Source: Bacilli bacterium (GTDB lineage Bacteria; Bacillota_I; Bacilli_A; ML615J-28; CAG-313). From it: a stretch of 64,000 nt of DNA. The DNA lies in NCBI GenBank assembly GCA_045653225.1, contig JAZOLP010000062.1, forward strand, positions 908 to 64,907. Direction: 5' to 3'. The position numbers were made by a program, and so were the translations under genes. The notes below the pieces were generated by a model, which ran no database searches, was not told the DNA's origin, and saw only the letters and a program-made list of their open reading frames with translations. Shown here one piece after another: positions 18,366 through 29,692 of this stretch; within the stretch, counting starts at the first letter, position 1, and each line of letters starts with the position of its first letter.

Positions 18366-18427
18366 ATAACTATCAAAGGAAAGAAAAATTTACTTTCCGC
18401 AAATGAGAAAAAGGAGGACAAATTAAA

Positions 18428-18946
18428 ATGGCAAAAATTGGTTTAACAAAACTTATTACAATAAAAGAGCCTGAAGTTAGCATAATGCATATTGGAGAAC
18501 AAACTTTAGAAGTAAAGCAGTATCTTCCACTTGAAAAGAAAATTGAATTAGTAAATCATGTTGCTAATAGTTCTATTACAGAAACAGGAATCAATCCTAT
18601 TCAGAGAGATGTTCTCGCTGATTTAGCTATTGTAGAATATTATACAAACATTAAATTCACAGAAAAGCAAAAAGAAGATATGCAGAAAACATATGATTTA
18701 CTTTCTATAAATGGTATTATTGAAAGTGTTAAAAAATTAATTCCTTCAAACGAGCTTGGTCAGATAATGAATTGGATTTGGTCTTGTGTAAATGCTATTG
18801 AAACATATGGTAATTCCGCGCGTGGTATTTTAAAAGACATTACAACCAATTATGATAGCACAAAACTTAATGTTGAAGAAATATTAAAAGATATTAAAGA
18901 TCCAGCAATAGCGGAATTCATTAAAAATTTACCTAACCTGGTCTAA
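18428..18946 (+). CDS. tail assembly chaperone (putative)
   Basis: 172 aa immediately upstream of the tape measure gene. Confidence 0.35.
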   Translation: MAKIGLTKLITIKEPEVSIMHIGEQTLEVKQYLPLEKKIELVNHVANSSITETGINPIQRDVLADLAIVEYYTNIKFTEKQKEDMQKTYDLLSINGIIESVKKLIPSNELGQIMNWIWSCVNAIETYGNSARGILKDITTNYDSTKLNVEEILKDIKDPAIAEFIKNLPNLV

Positions 18947-18998
18947 TTTGAATAATCTATTTATTTTATCGCGTAAATAAATAGAGAAAGAAAAGTAT

Positions 18999-19039
18999 TT
19001 AACCCTTTTATCCTTTCTTGGATAAAAGGGTTATTTTTT
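18999..19039 (+). terminator. hairpin AACCCTTTTATCC...GGATAAAAGGGTT followed by TATTTTTTG
   Basis: 13-bp stem and T-run; a second AT-rich palindrome lies at 18956-18985. Confidence 0.5.
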
Positions 19040-19069
19040 GTTTATAAAGGAGAGAAAGGAGAATATAAT

Positions 19070-22000
19070 ATGGCGAATAACAGAGTTGTGGTAAATTTTG
19101 ATTTTAAAGCTAATACTCAAGATATTCAAACACAATTAAATAGCTTAAAAACAAATTTACAACAAATTATAGGTCAATCTAGTAAGATAAATATTGGTGG
19201 ACATATTAACACACAGTTAAAAGACGCTGTGGGAGCCGCACAGTCATTACAAAAGCATTTAACCGCATCTTTCAACACAAATACAGGTCAATTAGATTTG
19301 GCAAAGTTTAATGCTTCATTGAAATCTTCTAATCAGAATGTTACTATGCTCGGAAAACAATTACTCGGTGCGGGTGCAGAGGGTAAAGCAGCATTTATGG
19401 GACTTGCTACTAGTCTAGTTCAAGCAGAAATACCTGCTGTAAAGCTTAGTACTACAATGGGTAAATTAATGACAACTTTTGCAAACAATGCTCGTTGGAT
19501 GATTTCTTCTTCTGTGTTAACAGGTTTCATATCTGGTATTAGAGAAGCTGTTGATTATACAAAAGATTTAAATGAAAGTTTAACAGATATTAGAATTGTT
19601 ACTGGTAAATCTTCAGAAGAAATGAATAGATTAGCCAAGTCAGCAAATAGAATGGCAAAAGAGCTTAAAACCTCTACTGCGGAAATTGTTAAAGGCCAAT
19701 TAATCTATTATCAACAGGGTGATAGTGCAGAGCTTGCAGCAAAGAAAGCTGAGATTACAACTAAAGCAGCCAATGTGTCTTTTGGTACTTCTCAAGAACA
19801 AATGTCTGAATATTTAACCGCAATTTGGAATTCATATCAAGTTGGAGAAGAAAATTTAGAACAGTTTGTTGATGTACTCGCGGCAGTTGGTGCAACAACC
19901 GCGACAAGTATGGAAGAAATTGCAACAGCGATGCAGAAAGTTGCCGCGACAGGTAATGCAGTAGGTGTTTCTTATGAGCAATTAACAGCAACAATTGCAA
20001 CTATTTCATCTATAACAAGAACAAGCTCTGAACAGGTTGGTACCGCGTTAAAAACTATTTATGCACGTATTGGTGATTTAAAAGCTGGTGGTCTCGATGA
20101 AGATGATATTGGTCTTGGTCAAGTTTCTACTGGTTTGAAAAAAGTTGGAATTGAAATTTTAGATACTAACAATAATATTCGTGATATGGGCGAAGTTGTT
20201 GAAGAAATTGGTACTAAATGGGAAGGATGGACAGAAGCTCAACAGCAAGCGATAGTTCAATTAATTGCGGGTAAAAGACAGTATACTCAAATGATGGCAT
20301 TGTTTGACAACTGGGATATGTATGAATCCACTCTTGCTACCGCAGAAGGCGCAGACGGTGAATTAAATAAACAACAAGAAATTTGGGCAGAAAGCTGGGA
20401 AGCCGCGAGTCAAAATGTTCAAGCTTCTTTAGAAAGTCTTTACGGTCAAATTTTTGATGATGATGTTTTTATTGATTTCTTAAATGGTTTAAATTTAATC
20501 CTTGAAGGTATAGATGGAATTACTGATTTGTTTGGCGGACTCGGCAACACATTGCTTATTTTGTCTACTTTGTTAGTTCAAAGATTTTCTATTCCTCTTG
20601 CAGATGGATTGCGCAACGCTGCAATGCAAGCAAAATTATTATTTGATTTTACAAACAAAGGATATCAAAAACAAATGTCTGACGTCCAAGAGTTATTGGG
20701 CAGCGTAAAAGCAGTAAACAGTGAAGAGCAAACTCAATTAAATATTTTAAAAACTAGAGCTCAATTAAATAGTGAATATGCAGCCATAGAAGAAAAATTA
20801 ACTGCTGAGCAAAAAACTCAGTACAAAGCAGAAATGCAAAATTTACAAGTTCTACAAGATGCTGCTTTGATTAAAGCAAAAAATTTAGATTTAACCAAGC
20901 AAGAAACGTCAGAAAAAATAAAAGAAAATTTTTCACGTGGCAAAACAGGTAAATCAGATGCTTTAGGCATGGCTCACGCACAGTTTAATGCAGAGAAAAA
21001 CCGTTTAACTGATTTGTATACAGGGTTAATTCCTGATGAGAAAATGCCCGGTTTAGAAAAATTAATAAATAATTTTAAAACCGGTAGTATAAATGCAACA
21101 GAGTTTAGACAAGAATTGGCAAAAATTGAACCTGAGCTTGCAAATGATAGTGGTTTAGATTTGTATATTCAAGGATTAGAAGAAACTCGAAACAAGATAC
21201 ATGAATTACAAAATGAATTAAATATATTATCAAACGCACCTCTTGCACTTGGAGAAGAGAATCAGTTTAATAATATGGGTGCGGATCAAGCAATTCAAAA
21301 ATATGCTCAATTAAAAGGTCAACTAGAATATTATGGTAATGCGTTAAAAACTGTGTCTTTTAATACAAAAGATGCAGAAAGTAGTCAGCAATCTATTAAT
21401 ACTGTTTTAAATGCTGCAGCAAAAATTTACGCAGATAACCCTGAAAAACTTAATAAAATATCACAAGCTTTAAAAGCTACAGATCTTTCAGCTGAGCAAT
21501 TTGAGGCTGAGGTTAAGCAATTAAAAAATGATTTAAAAGAACTCTATAGCTCTGAAAATGGCGGCTCTGGTAAGCTAGTCAATCAATTTATGAAAGTTAG
21601 AGATGCAATTAAAAATTCTGGCGGAGACGTTAAAGAATTAGATAGACTAATTGACGAATTATCTGGTAGCGTATACATTGCTGAGCAAGGTTTTGACCAA
21701 ATGGGAGAATCTGCTGAAAAGGCAAAAGGAAAGCTTGATCCAACACAAAACAAAAAAGATTGGGCGAGTTGGTCTGTGTCTATCTCAAGTGCGCTTATGT
21801 CTCTAATGAGTATTGTTAATGCAGTAAAATCTGCTTTTGATAGTTTTAATAATCCTGATGCAACTGGTTGGGAAAAATTTAGTGCAGTTATAAGTGTTGT
21901 TACTACTGTTTTAATGAGCGTCTCTATGTTATATCCAGTTGTTAGTGGTATAGTGGTAGCAAGTAATAGGGCTATGGCTGCTTCTGCAGCAGGCACTGCG

Positions 22001-25000
22001 ACTGCAGCACAAGCAATGTGGGCGTCAATTCTCGGTCCTATAGGAATAGCTGTTATTGCAATAGCCGCTGTTGTTGGTGCTATTGTGGCTATCGGCGCGG
22101 CAATCCATGAAACAGATACCGAAAAATTAGAACGTTTAAACAAAGAAGTTGAAGAAGTAAATGAAAAATATAACAAACAAAAATCTATTATAGATGAGCT
22201 TAACGCAAAAAAAGAAGCAGGAGCAGATAATCAAGCACAATTAGATGCATTGGATGCAGAAATAAAAAGAGAAGAAAGAAAATTAAAACTATTAGAAGAA
22301 GAAAAAAAAGCCAAAGAAGAAGAAAAAAATAAGCAAGAAGTTAAAGTTGAGCAAGAAAAGTATGATAAGGGCGGTTCAGCAAGTAAAAATACATATAATG
22401 ATTTAAACAATGCAAAGAACAGACTATTTAATGACGTTGGGTATTCAATGACACTTGAGGGACAAGTAGAATATCAAAAATTAATTGATGCATTTGAGCA
22501 AGGAAAAATATCGTTTCAAGAAATTCAAGATGAACTTCAGAATAATGCCGATAAATATTTTAACCCCGATGTTGCAGATGAATATGCTGATGCTGCAATT
22601 CAAGCATTAGAAGGTATCTCTGATGAAACTGAAAACAATTTACAAGAAAATTTAGAAAGTCTTGAACTATTTACTAAGAATGGCACAGAATTAACAGATA
22701 ACTTTTTAGGTACTTTTAAAAGAAATTTACATGCAGTATATGGAGATAGTCTTGGTTCTGATGCTATCGCAGCTATTGCGTCTTACTATAGTGGTATTGA
22801 CGAAATGTCTGATAAAGAATTACAATCTTTATTAGAAAAATTATTTCCTGATGATGACAAAAATACATTGGTTGAACGCTTTAGACAGGGTTTACAAGAG
22901 GTTGATGGTGAGATTGATAAGTTTGGAAAAAATCAAACTTTAGCTAAATCTCTTGAAAATTCAGGAAAAGCAGTAGAAAAAGTACAATCAGCGTTGAAAG
23001 AAGTTAGTAAAGATGGTTTTTTAGCTTATTCTACTATTGAAGAAATGGGAACTACATTAGATAAAGCTGGTGTTGCAAGTGCAGAATGGAAACAAGCTTT
23101 ATATGATGCAAATGGCAATGCAGAAAAAACCAAAGAAGTTTTAGGTCAAATTGTAAATGAAATAATTAACGCAACTCTTGCAGAGCAAAATTTTGCTAAT
23201 AATTTAGATTTTGATAAAGATGGTAAATTAACAGCAAGTAGTCAGCAATATATTCAAAATGTAGAGAAAATGATTGCTACTCAATTGCGTGAAAATGGAG
23301 TTTTAAACGCTGAAGAAGAAGCTCACAAAAGAGTTCAAGCAGAAATTATAAAGACAAAAGCTTTAAAACAAGGATTCGCAAGTCTAACCGGCGCGAACGC
23401 AGAAGCATTAATGGCAGAAGCCGCTGCCGCAGGAATCACAGGAGAAAGCTTTTCTGTTTTACAAAAACAAATTGCTATAGCTGCAGCTCAAGAATATGTA
23501 GCAAGAACAGAAGCTTTGGGTGCAGAAGCATCAGCAGCGTTTAGAGCTGCAATGGGCTATCAGGCAGTTGCAGATGCAAAGAAAGGATTAAAGTTTGATT
23601 CTCGTGGAGGATATTTTGTTGATAAAAATGGAAAAGTATACGGTGTTGGCGACGACCGCACAGGCGCGGAAGGTTTAGTATATCATACTTTATCTGGAGA
23701 TGCGAAAAATTTAATGAGTAGTGTAGAAATTCCAAAAATCACCGTTTCATCTGGAAGTGGCGGCGGAGGCAATAACGATCCATACTGGAAACAAATGTAT
23801 GAGACTAACGTTGCTCGAGCAGAGTTTCTGCAAAAAAGAGATGGTAAAACAGATGAGTGGCTTGGTCAGCAAATGGATTATTGGTATAATACATATGCTA
23901 AAGGACATGAGCTAGAAATAAAAGATCCAAAAACTGGTGAGACATGGGAAGAATATTCATTTGACGAGCAAAAAAAAGCAATAGAAAAGAAAAAATCTGG
24001 CGTAAAAAAGGTCTTTGAAGACACAATTAAAGATATTGAGCGTAACTCAGATAGTATCGACATGGGACGCGTGTCTACTTTATTATCGGATACTCTGAAT
24101 AAACAAACTGAACTAGGTTTCACATTTTCTCCTGAAGAAAAAGCAGAATTAATTGATGACTATGTGTCTCTTGTAGATGGTTTAATGAAAGAAGCTTCAT
24201 CTGATTTAGATACTAAATTTGAAAACCAAGAATTCTTTTCTGGTATGATTGATTTTGATGCTAAACAAGCAGAATATCAATATTTATTAGACACTTCACA
24301 AGATTATCTTAAAGATTTAGAAAAAAATGGAGCCACAACAGAACAACTTGCAGAATATGAAAATTCAGTTGTTATACCTCTTATTAAAAAGAAAAGAGAC
24401 CTTTTAAAAGAGGAAGCAGACGCGGCGAAGAAAGCAACTGAACACTATATAAAGCAGCGTGAATTCTATGGCTATAAAAACGGCGACAATGAAATTAAAG
24501 CTAGAGAAAGAGCTTATAAAAAAATGTTAAATTTAACACAGGAACAGATTCTTGCTGAATACGGAACATATCAAGAATATTGGTATGCTCTCGAGGAAGA
24601 AAGGCTTAATATTGATCAAATATTTAGAGACAAATTAAAAGAAGCTCTTGAAAAAGAAAAAGATGATAGAATTGCTGTTTTAGAAGCTGAAAAAAATGCT
24701 GTAGAAAAACTCTATGAAGGCGAAAGTACACTAAGAGAAAAGCGCAAACAAATCAATGATCAATTACAAGAATCTTTAACAATGTATCAATATCTTGATA
24801 AAGCAACAAGAAAGTTAATATTTAATGAAGAAGATTATCTTGCATTATCTAATACTTTAAATGAAATTGAAGAAGATATGTATGATTTAAATCAAAAATA
24901 TTTAAGAGATATTGTTGGTAAAGAAGCAGATGAATTAGAATATATAAATGTAGAATATGAAAGACAAAATGAACTTTTAATGAATCGCTACGAAATTGCA

Positions 25001-26218
25001 GAAAAAGAACTTGGTATTATCAAAGCCCGCACCGAATTAGAGAATACTCTTAAAGAAAGAAATACTCAAATGTTTATTAATGGTCGTTGGCAATGGGTAG
25101 CAGATCAGAAAGCTGTTATTGAAGCTCAAAAGAAATTAAATGACGCGGAATTTGACAAAGAAACATCTGAATTAGAAAATGAACAAGAGCTTTTAATTAA
25201 TAGTTTTGAAAAACAAATTGATGATGCAAATCAAACTTGGAAAAAAGCAACCAAAGTATTAGAAGACAAAGTTATGACTGTTGCAGAATTAATGGGGTCT
25301 CTTTCAGAACCTTTGGATGCTTTGACCGCACAGTTTTATGAGCTTGCTACTGGTAAAAAAATAACAGCTAGAAGAGAACCAAAACCTATTGAAGACGCAC
25401 AATCAGCATTGGCAAAAGATATTGCATTAGCTATTATTCGTAAGAAAGAAGAGTATGACGCGGCCAAAGCTCAAGGAGATATGACTAAAGCCCAAGAAAT
25501 TGAAGAGCAAACTAAAGCTGCTTATCAGGCTTTACAAGATTTAGGGTACAATGAACTGGCTGAAGAATTGCACAAGTCTGATTTAGCTACTGCTAAACAG
25601 TTAAATTTAGATGAATTAACTGCCAAAAAACAACAAACTGATGAAATAAAAAATACAATAAACAGTGCTAGTGACAAAATAGCGAAGGCTGTAAATCAAG
25701 GTTCTGTTACATCTGAAACAGAGCACAAAGGATCTGATGGTTTATCAATGCCAAAAGGATACGATCCAAATTTTGATTATCAAGCTCATATTAATAAACT
25801 AACTGCTGCAGGAGCGCCTGCTTCAGAGATTAATTATTGGAAAAGTCAAAGAGAAAAGAAAATTAAAGGAGAAAATCTTAATCCAGACGGTTCAAAGAAA
25901 GCAGCAGCAGGAACCCGTTTCGCGGCTCATGCTTTGTATGAAATTAATGAAATTGGTGAAGAAACATTTGTTACTCCTGATGGTCATTTCCGCAACTTTG
26001 CCGGAGGAGAGGTAGTATTCACTCACGAGCAAAGTCAAAGATTATTCTCACTCTTGAATGCAGATTTATTTGATATTAATAAGATGCCGAGAATGGGCGA
26101 GTTTGAACAATCCAATTCTAATGATACTTATATATCTATAGGAGGAATTTCTATTGATACAACAACACAGGACGGAAAAGATTTAGTAGAAATTCTTCAA
26201 AGAATTACAAATATTTAG
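19070..26218 (+). CDS. tail tape measure protein (2382 aa)
   Basis: Giant coiled-coil-rich protein; internal Ala/Ile/Val-rich transmembrane cluster at about aa 905-1000; position after the chaperone gene. Confidence 0.7.
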   Translation: MANNRVVVNFDFKANTQDIQTQLNSLKTNLQQIIGQSSKINIGGHINTQLKDAVGAAQSLQKHLTASFNTNTGQLDLAKFNASLKSSNQNVTMLGKQLLGAGAEGKAAFMGLATSLVQAEIPAVKLSTTMGKLMTTFANNARWMISSSVLTGFISGIREAVDYTKDLNESLTDIRIVTGKSSEEMNRLAKSANRMAKELKTSTAEIVKGQLIYYQQGDSAELAAKKAEITTKAANVSFGTSQEQMSEYLTAIWNSYQVGEENLEQFVDVLAAVGATTATSMEEIATAMQKVAATGNAVGVSYEQLTATIATISSITRTSSEQVGTALKTIYARIGDLKAGGLDEDDIGLGQVSTGLKKVGIEILDTNNNIRDMGEVVEEIGTKWEGWTEAQQQAIVQLIAGKRQYTQMMALFDNWDMYESTLATAEGADGELNKQQEIWAESWEAASQNVQASLESLYGQIFDDDVFIDFLNGLNLILEGIDGITDLFGGLGNTLLILSTLLVQRFSIPLADGLRNAAMQAKLLFDFTNKGYQKQMSDVQELLGSVKAVNSEEQTQLNILKTRAQLNSEYAAIEEKLTAEQKTQYKAEMQNLQVLQDAALIKAKNLDLTKQETSEKIKENFSRGKTGKSDALGMAHAQFNAEKNRLTDLYTGLIPDEKMPGLEKLINNFKTGSINATEFRQELAKIEPELANDSGLDLYIQGLEETRNKIHELQNELNILSNAPLALGEENQFNNMGADQAIQKYAQLKGQLEYYGNALKTVSFNTKDAESSQQSINTVLNAAAKIYADNPEKLNKISQALKATDLSAEQFEAEVKQLKNDLKELYSSENGGSGKLVNQFMKVRDAIKNSGGDVKELDRLIDELSGSVYIAEQGFDQMGESAEKAKGKLDPTQNKKDWASWSVSISSALMSLMSIVNAVKSAFDSFNNPDATGWEKFSAVISVVTTVLMSVSMLYPVVSGIVVASNRAMAASAAGTATAAQAMWASILGPIGIAVIAIAAVVGAIVAIGAAIHETDTEKLERLNKEVEEVNEKYNKQKSIIDELNAKKEAGADNQAQLDALDAEIKREERKLKLLEEEKKAKEEEKNKQEVKVEQEKYDKGGSASKNTYNDLNNAKNRLFNDVGYSMTLEGQVEYQKLIDAFEQGKISFQEIQDELQNNADKYFNPDVADEYADAAIQALEGISDETENNLQENLESLELFTKNGTELTDNFLGTFKRNLHAVYGDSLGSDAIAAIASYYSGIDEMSDKELQSLLEKLFPDDDKNTLVERFRQGLQEVDGEIDKFGKNQTLAKSLENSGKAVEKVQSALKEVSKDGFLAYSTIEEMGTTLDKAGVASAEWKQALYDANGNAEKTKEVLGQIVNEIINATLAEQNFANNLDFDKDGKLTASSQQYIQNVEKMIATQLRENGVLNAEEEAHKRVQAEIIKTKALKQGFASLTGANAEALMAEAAAAGITGESFSVLQKQIAIAAAQEYVARTEALGAEASAAFRAAMGYQAVADAKKGLKFDSRGGYFVDKNGKVYGVGDDRTGAEGLVYHTLSGDAKNLMSSVEIPKITVSSGSGGGGNNDPYWKQMYETNVARAEFLQKRDGKTDEWLGQQMDYWYNTYAKGHELEIKDPKTGETWEEYSFDEQKKAIEKKKSGVKKVFEDTIKDIERNSDSIDMGRVSTLLSDTLNKQTELGFTFSPEEKAELIDDYVSLVDGLMKEASSDLDTKFENQEFFSGMIDFDAKQAEYQYLLDTSQDYLKDLEKNGATTEQLAEYENSVVIPLIKKKRDLLKEEADAAKKATEHYIKQREFYGYKNGDNEIKARERAYKKMLNLTQEQILAEYGTYQEYWYALEEERLNIDQIFRDKLKEALEKEKDDRIAVLEAEKNAVEKLYEGESTLREKRKQINDQLQESLTMYQYLDKATRKLIFNEEDYLALSNTLNEIEEDMYDLNQKYLRDIVGKEADELEYINVEYERQNELLMNRYEIAEKELGIIKARTELENTLKERNTQMFINGRWQWVADQKAVIEAQKKLNDAEFDKETSELENEQELLINSFEKQIDDANQTWKKATKVLEDKVMTVAELMGSLSEPLDALTAQFYELATGKKITARREPKPIEDAQSALAKDIALAIIRKKEEYDAAKAQGDMTKAQEIEEQTKAAYQALQDLGYNELAEELHKSDLATAKQLNLDELTAKKQQTDEIKNTINSASDKIAKAVNQGSVTSETEHKGSDGLSMPKGYDPNFDYQAHINKLTAAGAPASEINYWKSQREKKIKGENLNPDGSKKAAAGTRFAAHALYEINEIGEETFVTPDGHFRNFAGGEVVFTHEQSQRLFSLLNADLFDINKMPRMGEFEQSNSNDTYISIGGISIDTTTQDGKDLVEILQRITNI

Positions 26219-26250
26219 TAAGAAGAGGGTTTATCCCTCTTCTTATTTTG
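26219..26250 (+). terminator. hairpin AAGAAGAGGG-ttta-TCCCTCTTCTT followed by ATTTTG
   Basis: Sequence inspection. Confidence 0.5.
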
Positions 26251-26276
26251 AGAGAAAAAGGAGGTAATAAAAATAA

Positions 26277-29200
26277 ATGTTATATAAACCTAAAAATATA
26301 CATCCTAAATTGGGAAGTGATCAGCCAATTATTTATTTAGATCAACTTTCAGAAAATGGAACTGTTGATTTTACATATGATATAGATGGAGATGAACTAA
26401 TTGAAACTGCAGAGATTTTGATTAGTAATACAGAAGAAGAAGTAGTGGATGTGAATACAAAAACGTTTCAGAATATATTTTATCAAGCATCTGCTAACCG
26501 AAGCTCACTTTACAATGATGAACACGTAACTTTTACGAATCCTTGGATAAATGGAAATGGTACAATTACAGATATTAATTTCCAATACAACTCAAACTAT
26601 AGGTATGTAGAAAGTCACGAAATCTCCGATCTTCGATATATAAATCATACTTCTTCCAACTATACAGACAGATATCGTTTTTACTTAGGCACTGAGGGGT
26701 GTTATAATGAGTTTACAATTTGTTCAGGGACTGGACAAATTTCCATGTATTATAGTTATAACCCAAATGCCGTATTAAAGTCTGATTTTAATATTACTCA
26801 AGTATTTGATTCAAAAATTACGAATTATAAATTAGATGCAACATTATCTGACGGTACAGAACGATATTATGTAGATGAGAATGCCGATATGTGTGGTAGT
26901 GGAAATCCATATTGGTTTACGATTTCCAGTACAGAAAGTATAATGCTTTATGATTCTAAGTCTGGTGAACAAGGAATTCTCCTACCAAAAGATAATTTGG
27001 TTACAGGGCGAGAGCTAATAAAAATCAATGCATCTAAAGATGAGAGTACAAATTTTACATTTCAGCCATTTTATACTGGTACATATGAAGGCAACAACAT
27101 GGTTGAACACAACAAGGATATTATTATTGAAAAATTTTTTAGTACAAATATGTTATTTACAGTTACAAATATCAAAACAATAGACAAAGATACGTTAGAT
27201 GTTACTTGTTCTTTAAAATCTAATAATGTTATAGAAGGTGAGTTAAATCCTGAGGCAACTATCTCTTGTAAGAGCTATAGTGGTTGTAACATTAAAGAAC
27301 TCCACTTAAGTCTTACGTTAGATGAAAATCCTGAACAATATTTAATAAATTCAGCATATATCCCAGCAGGTAAATTATCTTATAAAATATTTATAATGCA
27401 ACCTTTTACAGGATTTATGGATAGTTTTGCTTATTGGAAAGGGATTACAGGCAATCTTATATTGGACACAAATCTTATAACTCAAACACCAATTTTTAAA
27501 AGCTTAGGGCAGAAAACGTACTCTTTGATAACGTATCCTTCGAGCGAGCCTATTACATATTCTGCAATACCTGATTTATTGACCGTCGGAAACAATCAAT
27601 ATTACTTACGTGTTAATAGAGTGGTAGAATCCGATATGGTTTCAGTTCAAATTTGTGAAACAAGCCCAACAATTAGTATAGATGATTTATTACCTTTTTA
27701 CAGTGGACCGTATATTAGAATAACTGGAAAATTTACTTCGATCAGCAAACTAGAAAAATTAAATAATTATCAATGGAAACTTTATCGAGGTACCTATAGT
27801 GAAGATACTGATCAAATAAATGGTAATCTTATTTATCAAACCTCAAAAATATATTCTCAAGATTTTCAATTTGAATACGATAATTTAATATCAGGAGAGT
27901 ATGTAATTGAAGCAATTGTAGAAGATAATTATGGACAAATTTGGTCAAAAAGAGAACCATTTGAGGTTAATTACGAACAAAATGACTTATATTTAAATCT
28001 TCAAAGTGAGCTAGATAAAGAAAATACTGGAGTTAAATTAAAATGGGATAAACCTATTTATGGAGTTGCAGTAGATGAGAGAGAAGAGACAGACTTAGCT
28101 CTTACAGAAGATTTATTTACGCTATTTTCTGACGAACAATTAAAGAATTATAAAACAGAACTTGTCCAAGATGGCATTCTTAATTTGTGCTATAATAAAT
28201 ATTATCTTCCAAAGCTAACTAATAAGATTACTTTTTTCTTTGAAGAAGAACGTTATTTAAATGTTAAAAATACTAACGTACAATATTTTTCTTTCTTGGG
28301 TAGGATTTATTTAGATCCAAACAAAAATATGATAACTATGCCAATATATTGTTACAATGATACAGATTATTGGAATCAAATACGTATTCAAAAAAAAGAT
28401 AATATATACTACCATCCATACATACAAACAGAGGGTATTTTTCAGGAAAGAAGAGAGTTTGAAAAATTAAAAAATGTATATAAAGGCTTAACTACACCAG
28501 CATTTTTTGATTTTTATTGTCAATATAATTTTAAACTTGGAAACTATCTTGTAGCAACAAAAGTACCAACTTCAGAAAATTGGGAATGGGACTGTTTAGA
28601 TACCAGTTTTATTGCTCAAGATTCTTGCGTTTTTTATTGTAGTTTATCAAATATATCTAATATTGATTATATTATGCTTACAGAACATTCAACTTGGGAC
28701 AATATAAATGAAATTCCAATTTTGGGTAAAAATATTGATTTTGAAAAAGAAAATAGCAAAGATACTATATATTTAAATTTTAACTCTATTGACAATATAT
28801 GGAATATTAAAGATCCAAATGCAGTCACAGCATTTAATGGTTATAAAATGAAACGATATAACCCATTAACTCAAAAGGTATTAAATATGGGACAATATTA
28901 TTTTACATCAGAGAACACAGAAGAAGAAAGAAGATTCGTCGATTATTCACTTCCGCACAACGAAGAAGTTAAATATTTAATATATCCTCAAGGAAATGAA
29001 ATAATAAAGGACGAAGAGGGTAGCGAGATATCACAAGAACTAATTTTTTCGCCTATATATTCAGATTCAATTAAAGGTGATTGGGATAAATGGTGCTTAT
29101 TCACAACTCGCGGACCCGCACCTAAAAATCTTGACGAAACTGCAGATAATGGATATAATGAAAATGTTTTGCTAGTTGATAAAGTGTTTTTCTTTGAAAT

Positions 29201-29690
29201 GAATGTTGAAACAGGTAGTATGAAAAATAATACAGATTTTTCTGTTGTTAAAAACTTTACCCCATATCCGCATATTCAGCGTTCACCAAGTAACTATTGG
29301 TCAGGACAATTAAAAGGTTTGCTTGGTAGATTAGCTATTGATGATTGCACTTTCAAACAAACACCAACCATGCTACAAGAAATTAAAGAGTTAACTCAAA
29401 ATACTAGTAGAAAATTCTTAAAAGATAGAGATGGTAATTTCTGGGAAGTTGAACTTTCTTCTGATATTACAATAGACAATAATGATAAATTAGATGTTCA
29501 GCTTAAAACAAAATCATTTAATTGGGTTGAAGTTGGTGACGCTTCTGATATTGCACTTGTTTCTGTTGGTCCTGGCCGCGAAGATTGGCTATTAACAGAA
29601 CTTGGACAAGAACAGATTGATATATCTAGATATACTTGGGACGAGAATGCAATTTGGGATGATAACGACTTCTGGACGGAGAGTGAATAA
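26277..29690 (+). CDS. tail tip or distal tail protein (1137 aa), a receptor-binding candidate
   Basis: Position immediately after the tape measure gene; size. Confidence 0.4.
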   Translation: MLYKPKNIHPKLGSDQPIIYLDQLSENGTVDFTYDIDGDELIETAEILISNTEEEVVDVNTKTFQNIFYQASANRSSLYNDEHVTFTNPWINGNGTITDINFQYNSNYRYVESHEISDLRYINHTSSNYTDRYRFYLGTEGCYNEFTICSGTGQISMYYSYNPNAVLKSDFNITQVFDSKITNYKLDATLSDGTERYYVDENADMCGSGNPYWFTISSTESIMLYDSKSGEQGILLPKDNLVTGRELIKINASKDESTNFTFQPFYTGTYEGNNMVEHNKDIIIEKFFSTNMLFTVTNIKTIDKDTLDVTCSLKSNNVIEGELNPEATISCKSYSGCNIKELHLSLTLDENPEQYLINSAYIPAGKLSYKIFIMQPFTGFMDSFAYWKGITGNLILDTNLITQTPIFKSLGQKTYSLITYPSSEPITYSAIPDLLTVGNNQYYLRVNRVVESDMVSVQICETSPTISIDDLLPFYSGPYIRITGKFTSISKLEKLNNYQWKLYRGTYSEDTDQINGNLIYQTSKIYSQDFQFEYDNLISGEYVIEAIVEDNYGQIWSKREPFEVNYEQNDLYLNLQSELDKENTGVKLKWDKPIYGVAVDEREETDLALTEDLFTLFSDEQLKNYKTELVQDGILNLCYNKYYLPKLTNKITFFFEEERYLNVKNTNVQYFSFLGRIYLDPNKNMITMPIYCYNDTDYWNQIRIQKKDNIYYHPYIQTEGIFQERREFEKLKNVYKGLTTPAFFDFYCQYNFKLGNYLVATKVPTSENWEWDCLDTSFIAQDSCVFYCSLSNISNIDYIMLTEHSTWDNINEIPILGKNIDFEKENSKDTIYLNFNSIDNIWNIKDPNAVTAFNGYKMKRYNPLTQKVLNMGQYYFTSENTEEERRFVDYSLPHNEEVKYLIYPQGNEIIKDEEGSEISQELIFSPIYSDSIKGDWDKWCLFTTRGPAPKNLDETADNGYNENVLLVDKVFFFEMNVETGSMKNNTDFSVVKNFTPYPHIQRSPSNYWSGQLKGLLGRLAIDDCTFKQTPTMLQEIKELTQNTSRKFLKDRDGNFWEVELSSDITIDNNDKLDVQLKTKSFNWVEVGDASDIALVSVGPGREDWLLTELGQEQIDISRYTWDENAIWDDNDFWTESE

Positions 29691-29692
29691 AT

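Noticed and set aside
21583-22176. 197-aa antisense ORF inside the tape measure gene
   Set aside because: It mirrors the Ala-rich hydrophobic segment of the tape measure protein. It has no independent signals.
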